The translations under genes were made by a program, and so were the position numbers. The notes under the pieces are model-generated. The model made no database searches. It was not told the origin of the DNA and saw only the letters and a program-made list of their open reading frames with translations. 64,000 nucleotides of DNA from Octopus sinensis (lineage: Eukaryota), in the NCBI RefSeq assembly GCF_006345805.1, contig NC_043012.1, forward strand, positions 19,902,001-19,966,000, in the 5' to 3' direction. Below are positions 27,440-40,637 of the stretch, in pieces. Position 1 is the stretch's first letter; each line of letters begins with the position of its first letter.

Positions 27440-27790
27440 TTCCAGTCCGCATAACGGAGGGCGTAAGAAGATGTCACATACACTATCTCTCTCTATCATT
27501 TTCTAGCGCTCTCTATGTTTGCGCCTTCAGCCAGGGATCTTCGGTTCTATTCATTTATATCTCAACTCGCCTTAGGATCATTGTAGGTGTATAGTATCTG
27601 GGTTCTGTTAACATTTCCGAAATATTGCAGCTTTCTCTTCCTGACAGATACCAATAATTGTCTTTCAGTTCCCAGTTCCTCAGCTACTGACTCTTTCGGT
27701 CAGTGATTAGTCCAGCTGATCCTAACTGCTCTTCGGTAGCACGCTGTGTCAAAATATTTGAGTTTGGCGGTGCCGTCTGCACAAGAAGCT
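27440..27790 (-). mobile_element. RTE-like LINE, C-terminal ORF fragment
   Basis: Minus translation LKYFDTACYRRAVRISWTNH*PKESVAEELGTERQLLVSVRKRKLQYFGNVNR fits RTE FExxCxRRxLxISW...RKRxLxYFGH. Confidence 0.7.
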
Positions 27791-30050
27791 CTCTCCTTCA
27801 ATATTGATACATACATACGTATAGGTGTGTGCGTATTTCTGTAAGTTATTCTGTGAGTGTGTGTGTGTGAGTGTGTGTGTGTGTGTATGTGTGCCTGTGT
27901 ACGTGTGTTCACTAAGCGTAATAAGTAAGACTTGAAAAGTGTACTGTAATGTCAACTCTACTCTGAAATGTGAACAATCTGGTTGCATTATAATATAAAA
28001 TCAGTCTGTGAGACAAACCGTAGGATCTCTCTGCCCAGACTCCAGTGTTGATGTAATTCATGAGATTCAGAAAATTTGCCTGATCACAAGGCGGTCACTC
28101 TCTTACGGCTGTGTATGATGTATGCAAATGAGGTCATTGTTCTACTGCCTGTATTACAATTAATTCTTCCATAGATCTCTGGACGGTATTTTGGAAAATT
28201 TGAAATGTAAGTAGTATTTGTTAATTGAATTATGTCATTTTCGTCTCTGTGCATAAAACAACAATGCTAAATTCGTTTGTTAATTAAACAAGTATATTTT
28301 CGATTTGAAAATATTGCTGAACACAGATAAATATTCTGGGAACAGTTCAATTAATTTGCCTTTAATCTTTTTGTGGTATCAGTATAATAATATACCTGTC
28401 AAATACGTGTGGCGATTCCGTCGAGTATATTCTCTGGCAACCATAAAAAGATATATAATATGATACTTGTATTAGAAATCAATATTGTTTTATATATAAA
28501 CTGATACTTCTTTCATTTAAGGATTTTTCTTTTGATAAATCAATCAAACTCTAATCGATCCCTCGTGATGTGTATATAAATAGCGTATTTCTGTGAGTTA
28601 TTTCTCATCGCCATTTATATTCGTAACAACTATTTCTCTCAGTCTGAGTAATAGAATTAATATATTGTTGGGGTACTATTAATGAAAGAAAGTGACGTTG
28701 ACTTGTGAAACAGCATTTAGCAAGGCTCCTTCTCCAGTCTGTGATGTATGAACAGGGTAAAATTAATGAATAAATAAATCTGGTAAGTCGTAAACAAATC
28801 GGCTAATCGGATTTAGATTAATTTGACTTGAAATGACATGTGATCATTTGTGTTCTCTGAAAATAGTATCCTGAATAAGACCTTGCTAATTGTGAAAGTA
28901 ACAATAGAAATAAATCAGCTGGTATTGCACAAAAATCTTGTCTAACGTTATATTTCGACTACAAGATAAAATATATACGCATGTACATACAAACGCACAT
29001 AGAAATACGCATACATATTTATGTAACAATAGTGGATTGGTAGAAACGTCTGTCAAAGAATATATCTGCCGCATTTCATTGCCGGTAGAAGATTATGAAT
29101 AGAGAGGGGTAGTAATAATTTCGAATCTATGTGTCCGTATATATCACTTCCGCTCATATGTCATCCAAAATTCGTGAATTCTCTTCTCCACGATAAAATA
29201 TTAATAAGCCGATTACTTGTTAAGCATGTATCAAACCAATATATATATAGGTTTTAGAGACAGAATCACCCTCATGCAACTCAATCATCATTGAATGACA
29301 TTATCCACAATATGTACATATAGGACTAAATATTGAAATTATCAAAATTAATACCTTCAATTCTTATTACAAACCATATACTTTACATTATCTTGACTGC
29401 GCGCTTTTCTTGTCAAAGCATTCCTCGATATTACTGAAATAGAATGTCTCTATACAATACCATATTAAAACGGTTATATTTCCAATCTTCAGGTCTATCT
29501 TATATGAACTTATTTTGCAATTTACATCGTATATTAAGACAAGACAAACTAAAATTATATAACTAGAATCGTTGGAATAATTTTACTTCAGTAAATAATG
29601 AACAGAAATGTGGAATAAATGTAGGAAAAAGAATTGTTAGTAAAAAGAAATGTTAACTTATCTGTATGGTAATTTCCCCTCCATGAATTAAACATGGCTA
29701 CCGTCAATTATTATCCAAGATTGAGAGCTACTTCGTAGGGGAGATAAGTTAATAGGAATTATTAACGTTAGTCAAGATAATGTAAAGTATATGATTTGTA
29801 ATAAGAATTGAAGCTATTAATTTTGATAATCTTAATATTTAGTCCTACATGTACCTATTGCGGTTAATGTCATTCAATGATGGTTGAGTTGCTTAAGGGT
29901 GATTCTGTCTCTTAAACATATCTCTTTATATGTATGTAATACAGTGACTGATTCATTTTAGTACCACTAAATTGAACTTATCTCCCCTGTAGACTCGGAA
30001 ATAACTTCCCTAAGATTAATATTAAATATATATATAGAGAGAGAGAGATA

Positions 30051-31327
30051 TAAGGTTGTCAAGAAATTTCTCGCGGAATTTTAAATTTTGGTTTCAAACG
30101 ATTTATTTCCAAATTAATTTTCATTAAATCATTTAGAAGTTATATATCATTTAGAAACTCATTTTTCACACTATCTAATCGCGTTACTCTTTTTTTCTTT
30201 TTGAATAATAACGCCATTTTTCCAGAAAGTTGAATACAAAATGGACAAAAAGCACATTCGCAAATTTTTCTTATTCCTGTTCAAGCTAGGCTGAAAAACT
30301 GCTGAAACAACTCGCGATAACAACGATGCTTTTGACCCAGGAACCACTAATGAACGTACAGCACAATGGAGTTTCAAGAAATTCTGTAGCAGTGACGAGA
30401 AGATGATATGCGTAGTTATCGGCCATCGGATGTTGACAACGGTCAACTAAGAAACTTAGTCGAAGGCAATCTGCGCACAACTGTTCGTGAGCTTGCTTCT
30501 GAATTAGACGTAATGTATACAACAATAGCCAACAACTTGAAAGAGATCGGAAAAGTAAAAATACTTCCGAAATGGGTACCGCAAGAATTGAACGACAGCC
30601 AAGAAAAACAACGCCGTTTTGAAATGTCGTCTTCCCTTTTACGCAACAAGAACGACTCGTTTCTCGACCGGATTGTGACTTGCGATGAAAAGTGGATTCT
30701 TTACGACAACCGGCGACGCTCAGCTCAGTGGTTAGACGCCAACGTAGCTCAACGTCACTACCCGAAGCCAAAGTTTCACCAAAACAAGGCCATGGTGTCT
30801 GTTTGGTGGTCTGCGGCCGGTCTCATCCATCACAGCTTTTGGGATCGAGGCGAAACCATTACAGCGAAGTACTGTCAGCAAATGGATTAAATGAATAAGA
30901 TACTCCGACAACAACACCCAGCATTGGACAATAGAAAAGGACCAATTCTTCTTCACGACAACTCACGACCGCACGTCGTACAACTGACCCTGTGCAAGTT
31001 GAACGAATTGGGATATGAAACTCTGCCTCGTCCGCCATGCTCACCAGAACTCTCGCCTACTGATTACCACTTTTTCAAACATCTCTACAACTTCCTGCGT
31101 GAGAAATGCTTCAAAAACCAAAACGATGCCAAACACGCCTTCAACGATTTCATCACCACCAGAACGCAGGATTTTTACGCTACTGGCATCAATAAACTTG
31201 TTTCGCGCTGGCAAAAGTGTGTTGATTCTGATGGTGTTTATTTCGATTGATAAAGTTTTGTTTGAGCCGAGATATGTTCATCGGAATTTAAAGGTTAAAA
31301 ACCTCAAGAACTTTCTTGACAACCTCA
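30051..31327 (+). mobile_element. Near full-length mariner transposon (cecropia/Hsmar1-like), 1277 bp
   Basis: TIRs TAAGGTTGTCAAGAAATTTCT / AGAACTTTCTTGACAACCTCA, with a left TA TSD. Confidence 0.92.
30241..31250 (+). pseudogene. Mariner D,D34D transposase, disrupted by a stop and frameshifts
   Basis: MDKKHIRKFFLFLFKLG*KTAETTR, WVPQEL, TCDEKWILYDN, LLHDNSRPH, PCSPELSPTDYHFF and RWQKCVDSDGVYFD. Confidence 0.92.
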
Positions 31328-32532
31328 TTGATAGATATACAATTTTAAATGTAGATTAAGAATTAAATATCAATTTTTACCTGTGGTCAGCGTGCTTGTA
31401 AATGTCCGTAGGCTGCAAAATATCGTGTTATATATGTATAATAGTCGTACATTAAGGGAAAACCACTAAGTGCTTTTCCGTCAAGGTAAATATGTATTTT
31501 CACACCTTTTTACCATAAAGAATGTTTTTCCACGGTAACTACTTATGTTTACTAGCCTAAACTTTGCTTCTGCCTAAAAACCACTTGGAGCTGATATTAC
31601 CGTTAATTTCCACGACCTCGACTGTCTCTTGTTGCAAATCAGTCAATGTTTTTGACTGTATTTTAGTTAAAGCTATGCTTTGATAAGGTATCTCCAGACT
31701 TACCTTTCTTAGCTATTTCCTAGTGATACTGGCTATAGAGCTAAAAACATGAATATCTTGGAATCTTGACAGAAGGCGACACTGGACAGATAGGGTGACT
31801 TTACACCTGTTTACCATAAGAGAGGATTTCCTTTTAGCATTTCACCTATATCACAAACATATTTATCATACCTTTGTGTGCGTGTGAGTGTGTGTGTGTG
31901 TGTTTGTATGTGTGTGTGTTTGTGTCTTGTGAGGGTCTATAGAGTGAGAGAGAAAAATATGAAGAGAAAGTTTCCAAGTTAGAACGTGTTTGGTAATGAG
32001 AGGGTGATTGCGGACTCCTCCAAAATTCTGAAATCTCTAACTATGGTCTCATCACCCAATGCGGCTTTATTTATACAGCAACAACAACAACAAAATATGT
32101 GCAGCTATCAGACATACGGGTATGGGTAATGCAAAAGAAAATGGAAATGTCCTATAGGACTAGAGACAGGAGGATGGCAGGTAGAAAGTTAGAACTAAGG
32201 AAGAAGTAAACACACGGAACATGAAAAACGCAAAGGAATACAAATAAGTATGACTGACCTGGTCAACGCCAAAGCGAAAAAGGATGACAGAGGCCTAGAA
32301 GATCAGAGGTTACGTGGTAGTGGGAGGAGAGAGGAAGACTCGGGGAGGGCAGAGGGCTAGAAGCTACGGAAGAGTGTATTGAGGAGGGAAAGAGAAAGAC
32401 ACAGTGAGAGGAAGGTGAAAGAGAGGCAAAGAAAAAGAAAGAGAGAATTAGATATCGCACAAAAAATATTCCAAGAATGATTTACAAATGGGCGAAAAGA
32501 TCTAAGAAGAGCGTTGCGTTACATGAATAATA

Positions 32533-33125
32533 TCTTATAATAATTGTTATTGTCATTCAGTTCTTTAGCGCGTCCCTAACACTTCCATGTAATCAGCTTA
32601 ATGGAAGGAGAAGGGAAGAAGATGAGGGGAGGGCAGGAAGAGAGAGGGGAATAATGGGATATAAGGGGAAGGGTAAAGGGGGATATAGAGGAAGGGAGAG
32701 AAGGGTGAGATGGCGAACGAGGTGGAGTAGTGATCGAAATGTTCTAAATTTTAAACTTAGTTTTTCTTTCTCCGTTACTTAGCCCGTCTGCAACGCTGTC
32801 ACGGGATTAGTTGAATGGAAATGCGAAGAGCGAAAGAAAACGGAGAGAGTAAAGAAGGGTAAGTCAAGGAGGGAGAGAGGAAGAGGGAGAGTTCTGTGTA
32901 TCAATTCTATAAAATTGTGCATAAAGTATATAAAGTGTATATATGAAATTTGTTACGTAACCATCGTATACCAATTTTCTTCAATTTTCAATCATTAGAA
33001 ATGAGCGACTATTTTTCGATAGAGACGCAACACAAGCTACACTTACAGTTTTTTGGGATAAAGTTTTAAAAAACAAGCCAATAAGTTTACCATTAATTCT
33101 GCGAAATGTTCGCGGGTCCCGCAAA
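32533..33125 (+). mobile_element. Non-autonomous Helitron-like element, copy 1
   Basis: A|TCTTATAATAATT start. Subterminal hairpin CTGCGAA-atg-TTCGCGG followed by a degenerate CTAG (CAAA)|T. Collinear with 50243-50790 in reverse. Confidence 0.65.
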
Positions 33126-34039
33126 TATATATGAGTGGGAATGAATTTATACATTTGTATAGAATTATGCAGATATTGAACATTCATTAATTTCAAATTC
33201 AGATTTACGTGTTATGTTGAACAACGTTTCTTTGTCAGTATGTAACATTCCTCTTATTGGAATATTTAACGTAAAGTTTGATTTACACATATGCCATTCC
33301 TATTATATAAATTGAAACCTTTTGATAGCGTTACAATGTTAATGTTTATGATAAAATTACGCACAATTTTCTTTCGGCGCTTTACATCAGAAGAATGCGA
33401 ATGAATGAAGAAAATAGCGTAAGTAATATGAGGTCCCTCCTTTGGCTATATAATCGTGGATGTTTATTGTTTAATTTAAAACAATGTTTTCAAGTTCACG
33501 TCATAATATATTCCATGATATCAGGATATTGCTTTCGGACAAGCAATTTGGATGGAGTAATATGCAGTAATGTTTAAAAACTGATGTTAGATTTCATGCA
33601 GATATGTGTTTGCTTCACAAATATTGTCGTGATTAAATCAACGATATCAATTCAATTTCATCTACACACACTAAGCTGCAAAATGTAGTCTTAACACTAT
33701 CAAGCGTGATGTATGTCGTGGATTATTTTCATCAATTACTGCTATCACTGCGCAACGACAAATCAACCCCAAAGTGCAGATTAATGCAACATTCTGGATG
33801 TTGAACAGTCGTTTCCCATGTCTGTCGGTAGATTGTCAGATATTAATATGGTGAGATGCTTAAGAAAACATATGCTAAAACAGGTACACGAACACACACG
33901 CTCACGCCCACGTACACGCACAGAGAGGCCTGAAGAAAACCACAACTGTTTGAAATATCCCCCTTGTCCCCGTCCTAAAATCTATTGTGGAAATCGCTTC
34001 CTACCAGATTTCCTCACAATCTGCTAATAAAGATGTATT

Positions 34040-35400
34040 CAATCTTTATGCAGAATATTACAATTGTGCCCTACAATATACCGGCTATAAAAATTGAATT
34101 GGATATATTCCCATGTGGAATATTCCTCTCTCCATTAAACCCAGCACTGCAACCAGCACTGGCTCACCCCATATAATGAACTTAACCCACCCTTTATCCC
34201 ACCACTCTAACTATCCGTCCAAATTTCAGAGTCACAGATGACCTAACAAAGCACTCTTCTGCGATATAACCCCACTTCCTATATGCATTGCAAGTCATCA
34301 AAACAGACACCAGTGTGCACCTCCAAAATCCAATACCCACGCAGTGAACTCCACCTAATCGGATTAAACGAACAATAACCCGGGATGTTATCTGGTTCCA
34401 CGCCTTCATCCTCAATGTTCAGGTATGAATTCCTAGACTCTACCTCGCTCTAATCGAAACAGATTTCCCCAAATCTTGTCTGCTTAGGATTATATTTGAC
34501 CCATGATCTATAAAATTGTCTTACTCCATCACCATCAACATCCCCTGAGATATCCGACATCTTGACAAGAAACCCACAAATACACAACTAGCTAACATTT
34601 ACCCTAATAATTCTACTCAACATAACTCCCAGCTCCATACATATAAACCTAAAACAGTAACTGACCCATTTAAAACACTAACTCTAATAATTCGAACTAT
34701 AATTCCAGTGTTAAAACCCGGCCCTTAAATTTACCACAACTCCCAATTATAATTCTTGAAAATCTAAAGAACAACATAGACTATACTACCGGCCACGATA
34801 ATTATCATACTACACAACGCCACAACACTACCCTCAACTCCCTAACAAATACTACTCTTAACGTTGAGGAATAATAACGAACCTAACACTGGTTCCTCTA
34901 ATCTTAACGCCAGTGGTCATAACAAACCATCTTTTACATATATCAACCCGTTAATTCTTTTTTCTCATTTGCATAATTCGTTTTATATCTTTCCTCAGAA
35001 TTTATGTCTTTTTTCACTTAATCTTACCTTAAATTCCTTATTGTCATTTTCATATTTCTCTCTGTATCTTTCCTTATCATTTATGAATTTTTCCTCTTAT
35101 TTCACCTGCTTCCCCCTCCTATCTCCCCCTTTGTAAACTCACAGGTTCATACGCAAACATACACATCTACTACTTCATAATGTAAACACGCGAACCCCAC
35201 ACAATGTACAAGCCTTAATTGACTGCTAGAAGTAGCAGGCACGAATCTTGCCCCTTCTATCTTGCTTTCATCATGCATTCCTTTTTTCTCCCCTTGACCA
35301 AAAATACTTCCCCACCTTCTCCCCTCCACATTATCTTTTTTTCAAATACCACGCCCCTTGCTAATTTCTGTTATACTGCTAAACACCCCCATTGAATACT
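34040..35400 (+). pseudogene. Decayed Penelope-like ORF (RT thumb/linker, probable GIY-YIG remnant)
   Basis: RDVIWFHAFILNVQV*IPRLYLALIETDFPKSCLLRIIFDP*SIKLSYS (from ~34381) fits PLE RNIIWFNPPFSxNVxTNIGxxFLxLIDKHFP..L.KIFNRxTxKLSYS. Confidence 0.65.
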
Positions 35401-36329
35401 ACCGGTCAGATGACCTGGCTTCTTTTTCTCTTCTCACTCCATTGTTTTTTTACCTTGTTTTAATCCTAAGTTTTAAGTGAGTCATGGTATTTAACCGTGT
35501 GGGACAGACTAATGTCATCAATACAATAACGGATCGAAAATCAGATCCACTCGCAAAAAAAAGGTGTAAATATACCGGATTTCAAAACAGACCGGTACCA
35601 GCGAAAGTTCCTACACACGACGAAACGAGGATCCCGTTTTTATTATCTTCGTTTCTTGCATTTTTACCTCCCCTACCTTAACTCAATATGACTGAAACTT
35701 TGATGATATTCACTTCTTGTCGATCACTACTTACACTAATGAGTATTGTACATTCAAATAAATTGGTGCAGAGATGTAATATTATTGAGTGTTATGAACA
35801 TTTAACCTTGTCAACATCGAAATTTTTTAACATGTTTTTCTAATTCATAATTATAAATTTTTACTATTCATAAACAAAAGATATTGTTGAAACTAGTTTG
35901 GTATATATGTAAATGAATATATTTTAAACAAGTACAAGTTTTTTCAAATTGAGGTGCATTTTCAACAAAAAATTTGCCTATATATATATATATCTTATGG
36001 AGCTGTTCTGACATAGCAGGTGACTTGATCTGAAATCGTATGTTGAAACAAAAACGATTGCTGTGCGGAAGGTGTTCACTGACAAATTTCCGTGCTGCAT
36101 TTTTTCGTGAACAGGTTGCGGTCTTGTGTGTTTTTATGTGTGGTTGGGATTGTGCGAAATCCTCCCGGTACTGTATTATGTTAGCTGTTTTTTCTAGAGG
36201 GATGGGGCTGTCTTTTGTTGCATTGCTGCTTGCATTGAGTTTGGATGTGTAATACTTTGTTTTCTGGCTTGTTTATGGGAGTTCATTTCACTGGCCTAGC
36301 TTCTACATTTTGTTCATATGGGCTCTTTA

Positions 36330-36900
36330 TCATGCCCAATGTTCCAATTATTATTGGTATTGTTTTTACCTTTATACTCCAAATTTTGAATGCGTAAGAA
36401 TTTTCGTATTTCTGTCAAGATTACAGATTTCAGTAATCGAACGGTTAATAAAATTTGAAAATATAAGTCACTACCGGTATGACTAAAGTGTTGATCGCTT
36501 TGATCCTGTTTCTTGATTTTAGCTCTGTTTTGAGTATTGCACTTTCCCAAAGATAACATTCTTTTCTGATCCTATCCCTCTTCATTGAATGCTTGATTCC
36601 CTCCCCTTCAAATGCCCCTAGGAATTTGTAGCACCTCGCTGGTTCTAACTCCTTTCTAATTTTCTTTCGTTCAAGATTAACATTGGCTGTTTCCATCATT
36701 TTCCCCCGGATAAATGTAGCTTTTGCATATTTATCTGTGCCAAATTCCATCCTGACGTCATCTCTGTACTGATTTACAATTGTCAGTAAACCCTGAAGTT
36801 GTCGATCTTATTTTACAAAGAGCTTTAAATCATCCATGTAAAAGAGATTTATATTTTTTTACAAAATATTTTACAGCTATATTTTACATCATTGAGCAAT
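36330..36900 (-). pseudogene. R4/Dong-type non-LTR retrotransposon reverse-transcriptase fragment
   Basis: FYMDDLKLF at ~36820-36843, then MEFGTDKYAKA, YKFLG and NRIKAINTLVIPVVTY (ORF 36445-36750). Confidence 0.8.
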
Positions 36901-38231
36901 TTCCAAAGATGTAATGTTATGGAGAGTTCTATAGATTCAGGTTCGAATCTATAGGCCTTAAATGAAATTCACTATATTACTTCCCAATGAAAACATATTC
37001 CCGTAAACCTACAGACAGATATTTTACCGCATTTTTCTTACCTATATATTTTGTCCAGTTAGACTTCAATACCTGATCTTGTGCTTCTCCTGTATTCTGT
37101 CTCCATTTTCAGCCTTCATTTGTGCGAGGAAATCTGTATTGCACTATTACTAATTTCTGCAAACGTCTTTGGACAATTAACATGCAAAACCTTATTTTGC
37201 AAGTTAGATAATCTTGCTTCGTTTTTTTTTTCAACTACATTTATCTTTTAAATTTCCTTATCATCTATTAGTAAGTTTAAATAATCCTTTTTTCATTATT
37301 AGCAGCTATATCTGCTCTGGTTAGCAAAGTTTGAAACCAAGGTCTCTGCAAGTATATAGTTATGGATGAATTAGTGACACTAGATTTACTATCGCTGCGG
37401 ATTTTGAATTTCCTGCTGCAGAATTTATATTTTCTACCGCACAATATGTCCACATTCATTTCACATCGTCCACATTGACTTTAATTGTAGTGGTGACTAT
37501 AATCGAGGAAGAGTAACCAAGACTTTGCTGGTAGGTATTCAGTTTGGCAATCGACTAAATTAACCAGGATTACTGTATAAATGACCACAGCCAGATTAGA
37601 ACTCAGACATATTGATATGTAATATTGCTAAAGCATTTTTGCTGGAACTATGAAATCCAATTATTCGATGACGTTATTATTTCATTTCACATTTGAATAT
37701 ATATATATGTACGCGCGCGTGTGTGTGTGTATATGTATGCATATATATATACGTATATATACGTATGCGAAGGTGTCAGTGAGTTTTGTGAGATTGCGTG
37801 AGTGTGTGTGCGCACATATTATTAGAGTATTTCTTTTATTATAAGCAGAGAAGAAAAGTGACGTCAGTGACTTGAAGGCCCACAGATTCGTGACAGAGCA
37901 TTTAAAAATTTTAATGAGATTTCAAGATTTAATATAAAAGATAGAAAACAGATTTTAAAATTCCAGCTAATAAAAATGATACTTTTAATATATTTACCCC
38001 TACCTTTTGAAATAACTGCTTGCAGAAATATATAGATAAGAACATCGATGCACATGCACGCATCGACACACATATACACACAGACACACAGACGCAGAAA
38101 TTATCAGAGACTGATTGAAAATTTTCTGAATATATGCAATTAAAAGTCACACAAAGCAATGCAACAATAATGCGTATATAAGAACCACTACACAGATATT
38201 ATTTACCTGATTCATTAAGTAGTCTACGGCA

Positions 38232-38552
38232 CTACTGGGGCACGGCCATGAAGTATTTTAACTGAATGTTTTAAATCCTGGTATGCATTCTGTCAGTTCT
38301 TTAGCCGAACAACAAAAATTACGGAGAGGCAAACACGCCACCACCGTGGGGGCAAGCACAGACACGAAAGTACACACACACACATATACATACACGTATG
38401 ACGAACTTCATTCAGTTTCTTTCTGCGAGGTCCACTGACAAGGCTTTAGTCGGACAGTGATTATTTTAGGAAATATTGGAACAAGATATCACGAAGTGGA
38501 AATAAAACCGGGTATGATGTGGTTTGGGAGCAAATTGTTTACCATACAGCTA
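38232..38552 (-). mobile_element. SINE family A, old diverged copy
   Basis: tccactgacaaggctttagtcgg..tgtggtttgggagcaaattgtttaccatacagc matches the family A head in reverse. Confidence 0.6.
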
Positions 38553-39050
38553 CATACACACACACATACATACATAATATAAATGTGTGTGTGTGTTTGT
38601 GTGTGTATATGTGGATTTATGTGTATATAAATAAATATAGAGGACATTGTTTCTCTTAACATATAGTAGTGGCCACAAGCTTAAAACCGTATAGACAAAT
38701 TAATCGATATATATGAACAGTATATATAACAAAGATACTCAGAAGTACCACTTTTGCTAAAGGTGTCAAAAACACTCCTAAGCTACAAGAATTAGCACGT
38801 AATATTTACAGGCATGGCTGAAAAAAAAAGTGAATAAGTATTGTGTCTTTTCCTCTGCAAAATCACAAGAAGGAATGCCAGTTAACCAGGTTTCATGTTT
38901 TCGAATTTAGCGCCCAAATCACTTAAGAGTAATAATGTTCTTTATATGCTTATAAATTAATTCCTTGAGTTTGTTTTCTCAATGCGGTTGGGGCCCTCAA
39001 ATGAACTCATGCATTCGTTGGAGTAGATTATATGTCTTGTTAAGAGTAGA

Positions 39051-39106
39051 CTTCGCTGAAGAGAATCAAGTGCCTTTGGCACTTGATTCGAAATCATGAT
39101 ACCAAG
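39051..39106 (+). ncRNA. Type I hammerhead ribozyme motif with canonical core
   Basis: CTTCG-CTGAAGA-GAATCAAGTGCC-ttt-GGCACTTGATTC-GAAA-TCATGA-TA-CCAAG. Perfect 12-bp stem II closed by G10.1-C11.1, palindromic stem III (ATCATGAT), stem I 4/5 paired, AUA cleavage triplet. Confidence 0.8.
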
Positions 39107-39894
39107 ATACCTGGCATTCCTTGTTGCACCTCCCCATTCAGTACAACTCTTGGAGCAGATTTCGACTAGACACAGCATTCCCCATCTAGGCGGGCAGTCA
39201 TCACATTTCTCAGATCTCGCTCCTTTCCAATAGTCAAATCCTACTTGAAAGGAAGAATGCCACGTGGCAGCTGCTTTTTATCACAGAACACGAGTTCTAT
39301 GAATGATTCTATGAATGGAAACAGCGCTGAATTAAGTGTGTGATTTCTAAAGGAGACTAATGTCAAGGAGATTAAATGCCAAATTGGCACGTGCTGTAGT
39401 TTTGATTTTATAACATCAGACCTCGTACATGCATATATTTATTAACTTCTTCCTCAAAACGGCTTATTAACATCCTGATAACATATTTCATAACATTTTC
39501 CTTTAGAATATCATACTTTAAAATTACCGTTACCCTTCAAAACTCTATTAAGCAATTCGCATATACTTTCTTATCTGTGAATATAAAATTGTGTTGTATA
39601 ATGCGTAGTGTCATGATAATGAAGTTATGTATATATAATTTATTATACACTGAAATTATTTTTATATTAAACAGGGTGCTTAACACAAATATCGAGCAAT
39701 GCAAATGAGTGCTCTATACCGCATTAGTAGATAAAGGTCCTTTATTTGTGTATTAAGGTTACCATTGGTTTTATATTACGGAATACCTCAACAAATTATT
39801 CAAGCCAATCATATAGAAAAAAAAACAGTGTTCGTCTCTATTTCTGATCAGAGTGAAATACATTAGCACATATATACATATATACACATGAATG

Positions 39895-40035
39895 TGCATG
39901 TCTGAGTGGTTAAAGTATCGTGTCACTAATCATGGGATCCTAAGTTCGATTCCCAGACCGAGCTGTGAGCTGGGTTCATGATCCCGACACTTTATTTCAT
40001 ATTGCTCCAGTTCCCTCAGCTCTAGAAATGAGCAG
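39895..40035 (+). mobile_element. SINE family E, 5' part
   Basis: tgtctgagtggttaaag..agttcgattccc..gacactttatttcatattgctccagtt matches the split copy at 1058-2381. Confidence 0.7.
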
Positions 40036-40598
40036 CTTTCCTCCTCCCCCTGTCTCTTATCCCTGTCTTTCTGTCTGTCTCTATTCCTCTCCATTCTCGC
40101 TCCCTCTTCCTTCGCGTCTCTATTTAATGAGTTATCTCAGAAACCCTTCCATGAGCTTCATATATTGCTGATATTTTTAAGGAAAAGATAACTCCGTATC
40201 TTATTAGTCCGATGCAAGCACAGTCTCTAATTTCTGGATTACAATCACTGATGGCAACACAGTGGCGGCAGCCATTATAAACAGGACATGATTGGATTAG
40301 AGATGTTTACTGATGGATGTATTTTTGTACAATCTCTCTCCCTCTCTCTCTTATTTATGCATCCAATTATATATATATATATAGTTAATCCAAACATGAA
40401 AGCACAAAAAAACACAACAACGCGAGGACGTGGAACAAATATAGTAGTGTGTGTATGTCTGTGCATGAATGTATGCATACATACATACGTACATACACAC
40501 GCACGTCAACACACTCACATATATATGTGTGTGTGTGTGTGTGTGCGTGTGGTCGTATGTGTGTGTATGTGTACGTATATGTATGTATGCATGCATTC

Positions 40599-40637
<39 letters not shown>

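Noticed and set aside
28174-28212. Plus-strand 32-nt AG..GTAAGT micro-exon candidate
   Set aside because: Isolated, and such signals are expected by chance in 64 kb of AT-rich DNA.
33925-33965. CTGAAGA-AAAC..GTTT-GAAA hammerhead-like core
   Set aside because: No stem III or UH, and no stem I pairing.
35495-35620. Degenerate hammerhead downstream of the PLE remnant (CGTGTG..CTAATGT..GAAA..CACACG)
   Set aside because: The core is doubly mutated and the stems cannot be assigned. The position is suggestive but not supportable.
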